From: an uncultured bacterium | GTDB lineage: Bacteria > Krumholzibacteriota > Krumholzibacteriia > LZORAL124-64-63 | Assembly (NCBI GenBank): GCA_963727525.1 | Contig: CAVSGO010000005.1 | Span: forward strand, 576,001 to 640,000 | Reading direction: 5' to 3' | Length of the DNA stretch: 64,000 nucleotides | In this document: positions 20,161 to 29,809 of the stretch, in pieces | Layout: the number at the start of each line of letters is the position of its first letter | How positions within the stretch are numbered: position 1 is the first letter of the stretch | Made by a program: the position numbers and the translations under genes | Notes under the pieces: model-generated | What the model was told of the DNA's origin: nothing | The model's input: only the letters and a program-made list of their open reading frames with translations | Database searches by the model: none

Positions 20161-22887
20161 ATGGTAAATTGTGGAGCGCGCCACAACGGCCGACCGCTCA
20201 TGAGGAGGGTGATCGTGGAGTTCTCGGGCATGCGCTCCCATCGACGTAGGTTCGGAATCGGCGCTCTCATGACAGTGGCGTTTTCGGCCCTCTTCGGTAT
20301 GATTGCACCGGGCCATGTTCTGGCAGCCCAGTGGCATGTTTCGCCGTCCGGCGACGATCTGTCCGGCGACGGTTCCGCCGGCGCCCCATGGTCGACCATC
20401 CAGCATGCACTGACTTCCGCCGGTTCCAGCGACACCATCATCCTGGCCGATACGACATTCACCGGTGCCGCCAATCACGACCTGATACTGACCGACAAAT
20501 CGATCAACCTCATCTCCGCGAGCGGCGACCCCAATCTCTGCATCGTCGACTGCGAATACGACTTGACCGGCAGTGGGAATTGGCTCAATTGCGACGGGAC
20601 AGGTTCATATCAGCTAGATATCACCGGTATCTCTGTAGTCGATATCTACGGCTCCGGAATTGTAGTCACCAATGAATCGGGCCTTTCCGGCTATCTTACC
20701 GACGTACGCTTCATCAATGCCGGGACCTCCGGTATGGCCGCTAATTTTGGCGACTTTCACCTGCAGAACTGCCGCTTCGAGTCTTGTGGCACCGGGGTGA
20801 GTTTGGGGTTTGGCGCCAGCTGTGACGCAGATAGTTGCTATTTCGACGGCAATGATATCGGCGCCACGCTCTCGCAAGGCCCACAGTATAACCTGACCGA
20901 TTGCACATTTGATTCCAATGGCGTCGGACTTTCGGGGATTGGCGCAAAGCGGCTAGGCGACCCGCAGGACAAAGCCGGGGTTCAAATTGTCGGCCACGTC
21001 GAAAATTGCGTTTTCACGAATAACGCGCGGGGCGTCGATATAGAATTTGACGGTACATTCGTAGGTTGCGAGTTCGTGGCCAACACCGAGATCGCAGCGC
21101 AATTCAGATTGTCGAGTTTCGTTCATCTTACCGACTGCGACATCCATGATAATCTCGGAGATGGATTGCTTGCCACCTCTGTCGATTGTTCCGTCTCCGA
21201 TTGCAGAATTACGGGCAACGCAGGCCGCGGGCTCGTGGCATCAGGCGGTGGCGGTTTTGGTGTCAACATCGACCATACACTAGTCTCATGCAACGCCGGA
21301 GCCGGCGCGGAACTCACTATCAACTTCGCAGGCAGCCTCGTTATCGATCATGTCACCGTGGCACATAATGCCAGCGGGCTTGCACTCTCGGCTCCGAACA
21401 ATGCCACTGTGACCAACACCGTCATTGCCAACAACGCCGGCGAGGCACTTTGCGATGACGGTGCCAGCTACGCTTTTTGCGATGTTTTCGGCAACGGCAC
21501 CGACACCTGTCCTGACTCATGGATCGTGTCCGGCACAAACGTCGCGGCAAATCCGTTGTTCTGTGGCGGGTGCGGCGACGGTGCGAGTGCTTTTTATCTC
21601 GCGGTCAACAGCCCATGCCTCCTTGCGGATGGGGAATTCATGGGTGTCTATGGTGAGGTTTGTGACGCAATATACGCCGGTACGGTTGTGGTCGAATGCG
21701 AGCCGGAAGAGGCGGATACGCCGTGGCAACTCCTGCGGGACGATCAGGTTGTCGCGTCGGGAACCTCGGGTGCCATCCTCACGTCTTTGGCTGTTGGTAC
21801 GTATACACAGCAATGGCTCCCCGGGGACGGCTGGGCCCCGCCTGTGCCCGCGACGTTGCTGTTCGAACTCGCTGCCGACTCGACAGTAACGGTGACTGCG
21901 ACCTATGGCCCCGAGCCCTACATCGTCGGCGTTGAGGATGTCCCGGATGACAACGGCGGACTCGTGCGCCTCACCTGGAACCGCAGTGCGTACGATATTG
22001 AGGATAGCGCTACCCCCATCACGGCATATGGCGTCTACCGCAAGCAGGTGTCCGCCCGTCTTGGGAGCAAGGTTCCTACGGCGAGTAGTCGCTTGCTTGA
22101 TTGGGATTTTGTGGTCTCGGTGCCGGCGCGCGGTGATGTCGGCTATCAAACGGTCGTCCCGACCCTTTGCGACTCGAGCCGGGATATCGGTATCTGCTGG
22201 TCCGTCTTCATAGTTTCTGCCCAAACTGCAGATGCCGTCGTGTTTTTTGATTCGGCGCCAGACAGCGGCTATTCGGTCAACAATCTCATTCCGTCCATGC
22301 CATCATCTTTTACAGTGGATTTTGCGGCGGCCGAGAACGACCTGTCGTGGACGACTCCGGGCGACCCCGATCTCGTGGCTTATCTCGTATTTCGTTGCGA
22401 CCGCGATCATCTCGGCGACCCGATGACCGACCCACCATTCACGACTGTCTACGCCACGCAGTGGACGGATGCGCTCGGCGATGGTGACCTGCTAGGATGG
22501 TACTACGCGTACGCCATCGTCGCCGTCGACGTGGCCGGAAACCGCAGCGATCCGACGCCTTGGGCCGTATCCGACCTCGTGGCAGTATTCGATCGGATGG
22601 CATCGCTGCATTTCGGGCTGTCGCCGTGCTATCCGAACCCCTTCAATCCTGCGACGACGATCCGGTATAGCCTCGAACGTTCCGGGGCGGTCACGTTGTC
22701 CGTCTTCGATCTGCGTGGGAGGCTCGTGCGTACGCTTTTGGCGGAGTCCGTCATGAGTGCTGGCGAAAACGTCACGATCTGGGACGGCCGCAACAACGCC
22801 GGACAGACATCTCCGGCGGGAGTCTATTTCGCGGTACTCAAGTCAGGAGATGGGACGGCAACCATCCGCATGAACCTCGTGAAATGA
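20161..22887 (+). CDS. Secreted right-handed beta-helix protein with C-terminal FlgD-like/T9SS-A-like domain
   Basis: Signal peptide, WHVSPSGDD..GS...PWSTIQHA, repeated C.F..N rungs, YPNPFNP...WDGRN...GVYF...MNLVK. True start probably about 20230-20270. Confidence 0.8.
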   Translation: MVNCGARHNGRPLMRRVIVEFSGMRSHRRRFGIGALMTVAFSALFGMIAPGHVLAAQWHVSPSGDDLSGDGSAGAPWSTIQHALTSAGSSDTIILADTTFTGAANHDLILTDKSINLISASGDPNLCIVDCEYDLTGSGNWLNCDGTGSYQLDITGISVVDIYGSGIVVTNESGLSGYLTDVRFINAGTSGMAANFGDFHLQNCRFESCGTGVSLGFGASCDADSCYFDGNDIGATLSQGPQYNLTDCTFDSNGVGLSGIGAKRLGDPQDKAGVQIVGHVENCVFTNNARGVDIEFDGTFVGCEFVANTEIAAQFRLSSFVHLTDCDIHDNLGDGLLATSVDCSVSDCRITGNAGRGLVASGGGGFGVNIDHTLVSCNAGAGAELTINFAGSLVIDHVTVAHNASGLALSAPNNATVTNTVIANNAGEALCDDGASYAFCDVFGNGTDTCPDSWIVSGTNVAANPLFCGGCGDGASAFYLAVNSPCLLADGEFMGVYGEVCDAIYAGTVVVECEPEEADTPWQLLRDDQVVASGTSGAILTSLAVGTYTQQWLPGDGWAPPVPATLLFELAADSTVTVTATYGPEPYIVGVEDVPDDNGGLVRLTWNRSAYDIEDSATPITAYGVYRKQVSARLGSKVPTASSRLLDWDFVVSVPARGDVGYQTVVPTLCDSSRDIGICWSVFIVSAQTADAVVFFDSAPDSGYSVNNLIPSMPSSFTVDFAAAENDLSWTTPGDPDLVAYLVFRCDRDHLGDPMTDPPFTTVYATQWTDALGDGDLLGWYYAYAIVAVDVAGNRSDPTPWAVSDLVAVFDRMASLHFGLSPCYPNPFNPATTIRYSLERSGAVTLSVFDLRGRLVRTLLAESVMSAGENVTIWDGRNNAGQTSPAGVYFAVLKSGDGTATIRMNLVK

Positions 22888-22987
22888 CGAGGATGCGCCA
22901 ATGCTACGTTGTGGCGACGGCAGCCAGGTTAGCTCGCGACAGCGTACAGCTTCCCGTCACCCCTGAAATGTGGATCGGACAGTTTTC

Positions 22988-24016
22988 CTAGGTGCTCCCC
23001 GAAACGTCACGCGCGTTCTCGGCGAGTGGGTGGAGGTCCAATGCAGCCAGAAGCATGTCGAAACGCTGCTGCCAGTCGCGTCGGTGGACCTCGGCCAGTT
23101 GGCAGACCTCAGACGCGAGTTCCTGCTGCCGATCAATAAGAGCACCGATCGCCTCGGCGATTCCCCCTGCCGTGTTATCGGTCGCGACGGCGCCACGGGA
23201 GAAATACTCCACGAGTACATTTTGGTCTGAAACCACGAGTGGCTTTCCCACTGCCACGGCTTCATAAGCACAGCACAAGATCGTTTCAGGAAGGGTCGTC
23301 AACGCGAGGACGCCGTGGCTCGACATCAGAAGCGACTCGTAGTCCTCTTCGGACAGGAATCCCGTGAACCGTACGTTCGACGGGGCAGATTCGCGGAGGC
23401 CCGTCGGGGCCTTGCGCGAGTCGCCCGTCACGTGGATCGTGACTCCGGGCCCCACGACTCGAGCAGACTCCATGACTTCGAACAGGGGTTCGTCTGTGGC
23501 GTACGAGGCGACAAGGACGATGTGGTGCCCCGGGCCAAGGTCGGTGACACTCCCCTTTTCGAGGCGCGGCGGTCGGTCCTGGAGTACGAATCCCCGACCG
23601 CCCATCGAATCGACCAGATTCCTCAAGCTCTCGTTCGTCACGATCGTCAAATCGGCGTTTCTCACGGTATAGCGGCTCAGCGCGTAGAAAGTTCTTTTTT
23701 CGAATCCGCTGGCATGCACGGTCCGGAGGTGAAAATTCGAGTGGCGATCGACGACGAGCCGGTATCGTAGGACTGGCTTCATCGCGCAGGCAACGGCTGC
23801 GAGCAAAATCGACGGGTTCTGAACGAATAGGAGCTTCGGGCGTCGCCGCAAAAGCGTTGAGATCGTCTTGAACCCGAGCAGAAGCGCCCTGAGATAATAG
23901 GGGCGTCGCGACATCAAGGTCAGACACTCTACCCCCAGGGCATCGGCGAGTTCACGCGATCGGCGGTGGGCTTCCCAGGTGATCCATATACTCTCTGCGC
24001 GAGTAGAATTTGCCAT
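22988..24016 (-). CDS. Glycosyltransferase (GT-B, GT4-like)
   Basis: VVDRHS, NVRFTGFL and AYEAVAVGKPLVVSD motifs. Confidence 0.8.
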   Translation of the reverse strand: MANSTRAESIWITWEAHRRSRELADALGVECLTLMSRRPYYLRALLLGFKTISTLLRRRPKLLFVQNPSILLAAVACAMKPVLRYRLVVDRHSNFHLRTVHASGFEKRTFYALSRYTVRNADLTIVTNESLRNLVDSMGGRGFVLQDRPPRLEKGSVTDLGPGHHIVLVASYATDEPLFEVMESARVVGPGVTIHVTGDSRKAPTGLRESAPSNVRFTGFLSEEDYESLLMSSHGVLALTTLPETILCCAYEAVAVGKPLVVSDQNVLVEYFSRGAVATDNTAGGIAEAIGALIDRQQELASEVCQLAEVHRRDWQQRFDMLLAALDLHPLAENARDVSGST

Positions 24017-24170
24017 AGTAGATCCACCCAGCGCCACGTGTCGGCGTTGTTGCCGTCAGCTGCCTTGATGCCGGTGACCGGCTCCGACTGGAGCCGGAAC
24101 GACCCGCGCCGACTCCAGTCTAGCTACTGGCGTCGGCGCGGAGCAATCTCGAATCGATCGAGCCGCTATT

Positions 24171-25562
24171 TTACGGCTGCCATAGAGGTATCGTCGGTGG
24201 GCCGGGCGGCCCTTCGTCGCCGGACGCCGTCACTGTGAGCACATCTGACCCTGTCTGTCCGCCACTGTCTTGCACGGTCACGGTGATCACCGTCACGCCG
24301 GAACCGAGTGGCACCGCGGGAATCTCCCACTGGGTCCAGTTACCGGATACATTGGTCGCGGTACCGCTGTCACCACCGCTCGTCGACCAGGCTACGGTGC
24401 TGATTGCGCCATCGTCGCTCGCCGCACCGCCGACGAGGATCGTCTGAAGATCCGTCTGGTATGTGTCGGATGACGTCGGCTGCTGGATCTCGATGCTAGG
24501 CGGAAAATCGTTGCTGACGGCTTCCCCGATCACGACCTCGTACCCCGAGCCGTTATGGTTACCGTCGCGGTCGACCAGGAAGACATACGCGGTATCGCCC
24601 GTGTGGAACGTACCGAGATTGGCACGGAAGGCGGCTGAACTCGTTGTCCAGGTTGTCGGAGCCTGGATCTCCCGATGACTGCAGGCATCCCAGTTCGCGT
24701 TGTCGCCCACCTCGATCCGAGCCAGCGTCGTATCACAGTACATCTCACTGACGTAGCTCTTCAACTCTCCACCGTCGCTGGTACGGAAGTAGTGCCCGAA
24801 CACGAAATAGTCGTCGCGGTGCTCATTGATCAGATAGGTGCCGGTGATCTCGGCCAGCTTGTCCAGATCGGCCGCCACCCAACTGCGAAAATCGGCGTGG
24901 CCGACGGTACCTTGATCGATGAAACGCTCGGCGCGGAACCATCGGTCAAGGTAGTTCCCGAGCGGCGGGATTTCCCAGAGATTCTCCACGACCGCGCCCG
25001 AGTCGTCCGTCGCGTAGAGATGGCCACCGGACGTCCCACCGTAACTATCGACGCGGCACTGAGGGTTGCCATACCAGGAACCTGGCTCGTATTCTCCGAA
25101 GTTGCCCCAGAGTTTCTGATTCGTCGACTGGAGCGCAGTACCTGCGAAGTCGTCTCGGTAAACCCATGTGCTCATGTAGAACACCTTGAAGTCGATACCT
25201 TCGAGCCCGATGGTCTGGTTGTAAATCCCCGACACGAGGTAGTCCTGCTCGGCGACCTTCTCACCCGGCACGCGTTGACGCCCCTGGGAGTAGTGAGGAT
25301 AGTCTCCATTTCCGCCCCCGGTGAGCCACCCCCCCTGGCTCTGAGTCGGAAGCCGGTCCCCGAGTGTACCGTTCTCGAAATCATCGAAGCGGAGCGGCGC
25401 GGCAGGGATCTTGGTGCCGAAACCGCTTCCCTGAATCGTCACGATCTGGCCATGGTTGAGACTGCCGGAGATCCCCGTGATCTGCGGTGCCGCCAGCGTC
25501 GGAGTTGCCTGAAGCAGCCCCATCGCCGCGACAAGCACAATGGCCAAGAGGTTTCGCCTCAT
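24171..25562 (-). CDS. Secreted hypothetical protein with Ig-like domains and Pro-rich tail
   Basis: Signal peptide MRRNLLAIVLVAA..LAA; IPT-like VTIQGSGFG; aromatic-rich core; C-terminal Ig-like region (PLGSGVTVITVTVQD); GGAGG RBS before ATG 25562. Confidence 0.7.
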   Translation of the reverse strand: MRRNLLAIVLVAAMGLLQATPTLAAPQITGISGSLNHGQIVTIQGSGFGTKIPAAPLRFDDFENGTLGDRLPTQSQGGWLTGGGNGDYPHYSQGRQRVPGEKVAEQDYLVSGIYNQTIGLEGIDFKVFYMSTWVYRDDFAGTALQSTNQKLWGNFGEYEPGSWYGNPQCRVDSYGGTSGGHLYATDDSGAVVENLWEIPPLGNYLDRWFRAERFIDQGTVGHADFRSWVAADLDKLAEITGTYLINEHRDDYFVFGHYFRTSDGGELKSYVSEMYCDTTLARIEVGDNANWDACSHREIQAPTTWTTSSAAFRANLGTFHTGDTAYVFLVDRDGNHNGSGYEVVIGEAVSNDFPPSIEIQQPTSSDTYQTDLQTILVGGAASDDGAISTVAWSTSGGDSGTATNVSGNWTQWEIPAVPLGSGVTVITVTVQDSGGQTGSDVLTVTASGDEGPPGPPTIPLWQP

Positions 25563-26024
25563 GTGTAGCCTCCAGTGGCATTCTACCGGCAATCCGGGTG
25601 TACCGTAGCGATCAAGCAAAATACGTGCCCCTGGCGCTCCGGCGACGCGGCAGCGCCATACAGCGAAGCGGCTCCCGGGTTCCCGGACAAATCAAGCCTG
25701 AATATAAGCACCTCTGCGGTCTTGGACAGACTATTCGGAATAAAGTAGCTAATTGGTCGCAACTACGCGGTTTCCGTACCCCCCCCCCAACACAGAGAGA
25801 GCCCGCCGGGCCGGTTGTATCGCTTCGCCATTCATTCGCGTACCCCCTGATCGGCGCTCCCCGGACCGTGCAGAATCCACGGGTGGCGGTTTGGACCTCG
25901 GTCGGTATATCCTACGCGGACTTCGCACCGAGATGGCGACATCAGCAATACTCCTGGGGCGCGATTCTTGAGAGTGCGCCATGGGCCGTAAGCGAACGAG
26001 CGTTCTGGAGACGAAGGAATTCAG

Positions 26025-27383
26025 TTGAATTGGCGTCGTTTTGCATTCCGCCACCTCGTCTACGATCCCGCGATCACGCTGAAAGCGGGTCGTCTTGGGC
26101 CGGCGACGAGGTTCCTGGCCGAGAGCCAGTATTGGTCGGCGGACCGCATTCGTGAACTACAGCTCCAGCGACTGCGTCGCTTGGTGGATCATGCGCGGCA
26201 CAACGTTCCGGCTTTTCAAGCGGCAGCCCCGGCCATTTCGGACCTTGAGAGTCTCGAACAGATTCGATCCCTGCCGACGTTGACCAAACAGATGATTCAG
26301 AAAGATCCCGGTGCCTGCATGTCGCGCAAAGCCGGCACACGCCTCATCAAGAAGACGACCGGCGGCTCCACGGGCCAGACCGTGACGATCCTCAAAACAC
26401 AGCAATCCTGGCTCTGGGAGATCGCGGCGACATGGCGAGGTTACCGGTGGGCCAACGTTGAGATCGGCGACCCACAGGCGCGATTCTGGGGTATTCCGAT
26501 GCGTGACGGCGCTCGGCGAGTGGCGGCCCTCACCGACCTGGTCTGCAACCGTACGCGTCTGTCCGCGTTTGCCTTCGATGATTCGGATCTCGCCAGATAC
26601 GTGGACAAGTTGCGAAGCTTTCGTCCATCCTATTTTTACGGATACGTCTCCATGCTCGACGCATTCGCGACGTTTCTACTTGATCGCGGTATCGATATGC
26701 AACTTGACCTCGAGTGTGTGATCACAACGAGCGAAGTGCTCACGGATCCCATAAGGGAACGCCTCGGTCGCGCCTTCAATACACGAGTCTTCAACGAGTA
26801 CGGGTGCGGGGAACTCGGTACGGTCGCGCACGAGTGCGAGCACGGCGGATTGCACCTGTCGGAAGAGAACATGATTGTCGAGATCCTCGATGGAAACCGC
26901 CCTTGCGCGCCGGGAGAACCTGGCGAGATGGTCGTGACGGAACTCAACAATTTCGCCATGCCGCTCATCAGATATCGCATGGGGGACTTCGCCACGTTGT
27001 CACCGGTACCGTGCCAATGCGGTCGTAGCCTGCACACTCTCCAGGGGCTACATGGCCGTGCCTACGATATGGTCAGAAGCAGCGATGGGCGGAAGTTCCA
27101 CGGAGAGTTCATGGTCTACATCTTCGAAGATCTCAAGCGAAGGAATTTCGGGATCGCTCAGTTTCAAGTCGTGCAGACCGCACTCGACAGGTTTCTGATT
27201 CGGATTGTTCCGGACGGTCACTACTCGCCAGCAACCGTCGACATCATCACCGCGAAGATCCATGAGGAAATTGACGCCAACGCCACGGTCGAGATTGAAC
27301 TCACGGAACGAATCGAACGGAGTCCCTCGGGCAAGATGAGAGTGGTCGTGGGGCTTCCCCAGGAAACGGAAGCGGCCCGATGA
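26025..27383 (+). CDS. Second CapK/phenylacetate-CoA-ligase-like enzyme
   Basis: LPTLTK, TTGGSTG, YGCGE, MPLIRYRMGD, CQCGR and SGKMR motifs. Confidence 0.85.
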   Translation: MNWRRFAFRHLVYDPAITLKAGRLGPATRFLAESQYWSADRIRELQLQRLRRLVDHARHNVPAFQAAAPAISDLESLEQIRSLPTLTKQMIQKDPGACMSRKAGTRLIKKTTGGSTGQTVTILKTQQSWLWEIAATWRGYRWANVEIGDPQARFWGIPMRDGARRVAALTDLVCNRTRLSAFAFDDSDLARYVDKLRSFRPSYFYGYVSMLDAFATFLLDRGIDMQLDLECVITTSEVLTDPIRERLGRAFNTRVFNEYGCGELGTVAHECEHGGLHLSEENMIVEILDGNRPCAPGEPGEMVVTELNNFAMPLIRYRMGDFATLSPVPCQCGRSLHTLQGLHGRAYDMVRSSDGRKFHGEFMVYIFEDLKRRNFGIAQFQVVQTALDRFLIRIVPDGHYSPATVDIITAKIHEEIDANATVEIELTERIERSPSGKMRVVVGLPQETEAAR

Positions 27384-28936
27384 CCGATACGCAGCAGGGC
27401 ACCCGTCTCTTCGTGGTCATACGCCACCCGGATATTCCGCCCCTGGGCTGGCTCCTCGATCTCGCCGAACCCCTCCCGATCCTGCATTGCGGATCGAGTG
27501 TGGAGTGCGACGAACGGTCGTTCTTCGAGGGAGCTTGGGCCGGAGACTTCGCCGCCGCGGATTTCTCCGAAGTACCCTTCACGTTCGGGTCCGGTGCGGT
27601 GTTCTCGGGAAATACTGTCACCCTGGTGACCCCATGCCATACGCTCGACGGTATCTACATGTTCGACTGCGACGGTGAACCCCAGGCCGTATCGAATTCC
27701 CTGGCCTTCCTCTTCCACTACTGCCGACTTACCCCGCACCCGGACTTCCGGGAAGGTGCACGGTTTGCCTCGATCGTGCGGGGCGTCGACGACTATGCAA
27801 CGAACGTGGTGCGCACCGCGACCGGCCAGGTACGCCGTTTCGCCGCCGAGAATATCACGGTATCTCTCCGACCGCTTTCGCTGCTCGAATCCACCGGAAA
27901 GCCGAATATTTTCCCATTTGCCGACTTCGCTGCGTATCACGACTTCTTGGCGGGCCAGCTCGCGATACTCTTCGCCAATGCCACTTCCCCTCAACGTCGC
28001 ACCTGTTACCAACCGCTCGCAACGTGCTCTTCGGGGTATGACTCAAGCGCGGTTTCGGCGTTGGCTGCGGAAGTCGGTTGCCGAAACGCGGTGACTCTGA
28101 TCGGCACTGGCGGATCCCCTGTCGATTCCGGCGCAGCGGTTGGGCGACAGATCGGACTACACGTCGAAGAGTTCTCTTTCAGGCCGGAGACGATGCCAAT
28201 TGAGACCGAGGCAGAATTCCTCGCTGCAGGCATGGGAGGCGAGGACTGCTACTTCAGCGTCTTTGCCCCACGCCTCGGGCAGGCGATGATTCTCACCGGA
28301 TTTCACGGCGACAAGTTGTGGGATATTCATATCCCCAGCAATGACTGTCTGGAACGCGGCGACATCAGTGGTTCGAGCCTCGGCGAGTTTCGCCTGCGAG
28401 CCAACTTCGTGCACGTACCTGTCCTTTTTCTTGGCGCCCGCAATCACCGCTCGATTCGTGAGATCTCTCGATCGCCCGCGATGAAGCCGTGGCGCCTGGG
28501 CAACGACTACGACCGACCGATTCCGCGGCGAATCGTCGAGGAGCGCGGCGTCGCACGCGGTGATTTCGGCCAGAGCAAGCGGGCCGCGAGCAGGCTGCTG
28601 TTCTTCGACGAATCGCTCCTGCAACCAGGTACGCGAGCAGCCGTCGCGGCTTATACGGCCGTGCTGGAGCGGCAGCCCGAGATCGCCCAGCAATGCGAGC
28701 GCGCACGTAAATCGTGGGAGAATGCGCGAATGCTCGGTGAGATTCCCATGAAGATCTTGATGCACCTGCGCCATCACCCGACCGGCAACAGGTTGATCCG
28801 CGGTACGCTCGGCAAGAACGCGCAATACGACTGGCGCATCTTCGAACATAGCCGCCCACGCGCGGTCTATGCATTCTTATGGGCCCTGGACGCCCTCAGC
28901 CCGCGTTATACCGCCGCGGGTCACCGCAATACCTGA
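27380..28936 (+). CDS. Divergent AsnB-like/PP-loop adenylating protein
   Basis: CSSGYDSSAV (PP-loop-like), LTGFHGDKLW and YDRPIPRRIVE motifs; ATGA overlap with the capK-like gene. Confidence 0.55.
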   Translation: MTDTQQGTRLFVVIRHPDIPPLGWLLDLAEPLPILHCGSSVECDERSFFEGAWAGDFAAADFSEVPFTFGSGAVFSGNTVTLVTPCHTLDGIYMFDCDGEPQAVSNSLAFLFHYCRLTPHPDFREGARFASIVRGVDDYATNVVRTATGQVRRFAAENITVSLRPLSLLESTGKPNIFPFADFAAYHDFLAGQLAILFANATSPQRRTCYQPLATCSSGYDSSAVSALAAEVGCRNAVTLIGTGGSPVDSGAAVGRQIGLHVEEFSFRPETMPIETEAEFLAAGMGGEDCYFSVFAPRLGQAMILTGFHGDKLWDIHIPSNDCLERGDISGSSLGEFRLRANFVHVPVLFLGARNHRSIREISRSPAMKPWRLGNDYDRPIPRRIVEERGVARGDFGQSKRAASRLLFFDESLLQPGTRAAVAAYTAVLERQPEIAQQCERARKSWENARMLGEIPMKILMHLRHHPTGNRLIRGTLGKNAQYDWRIFEHSRPRAVYAFLWALDALSPRYTAAGHRNT

Positions 28937-28986
28937 CCGGATTCCAAGGTCGTTTCCGGCCTCCCGCTTGCTACCGCATCAATCCG

Positions 28987-29742
28987 TCAATGACGCGACG
29001 GTACGGGCGCACTGAGTTCCATCACCGCATACCACGAGAGATACTTGAGCGGGGGCAATACCGAGAACAGTGCAGAATCGACCCGATCGAGGGCATTCAC
29101 CGCGGGATAGAAGATCCGGGTCTTGAGCAGAGCGAGCGCCGCAAACGACGTGAGATGGAAGTGCTTGATGTCGGTGCGTCCGAAATAGCGCTTGGCGAGT
29201 AGCAGGTCCTTTCGCACGAGGGGATGCTCATCCGCCGTCCGCAAACGTGGCGTAAGCCTACGAAAGATCTCGATCGCAGGATTGTGCCCGAGCGGCTCCT
29301 GGAACACAGCGCGGCCCCCGGGTTTCAGTACGCGGGCAATCTCGCGATACGACTTATCCAGATCGAGATGATGCAGGATGCCTTCGCCGATGATCAAGTC
29401 AAAGGACCCGTCAGGGAAAGTCATCGCCTCCGCATCCATGACGAGATACTCCGCCCGGTCCTGAATACCCGCAGCGTTGGCGCGTTCGGCCGCTTTGGTG
29501 ATTCCGACCTCGGAGATGTCGATACCGACCACGTCGGCGCCATGGCGCGCGAGTTCGAGCGAGTGCGAACCCGTCCCGCAGCCATATTCGAGGACCTTCT
29601 TTCCCGCCACGTCGGTATAGATGAGCTTCTCGTAGAAAGCGTTGCGGTTTCGGATGAGCGAGTAGACCTGACCTACGACGGCGCGCGAATTACTCGAATA
29701 GTCCTGATCGAAGAATTGTGCTTCAGCCTGCTTATCTGCCAT
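28987..29742 (-). CDS. Class I SAM-dependent methyltransferase
   Basis: VLEYGCGTG, GIDIS, FPDGSFDLI, LHHL and RVLKPGG motifs. Confidence 0.92.
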   Translation of the reverse strand: MADKQAEAQFFDQDYSSNSRAVVGQVYSLIRNRNAFYEKLIYTDVAGKKVLEYGCGTGSHSLELARHGADVVGIDISEVGITKAAERANAAGIQDRAEYLVMDAEAMTFPDGSFDLIIGEGILHHLDLDKSYREIARVLKPGGRAVFQEPLGHNPAIEIFRRLTPRLRTADEHPLVRKDLLLAKRYFGRTDIKHFHLTSFAALALLKTRIFYPAVNALDRVDSALFSVLPPLKYLSWYAVMELSAPVPSRH

Positions 29743-29809
29743 GGACTTTGCCTCACTAATTGACAGACAGTATTCATTTTGGCGATTTCAGCGTTCGGTC
29801 CAATCAACC

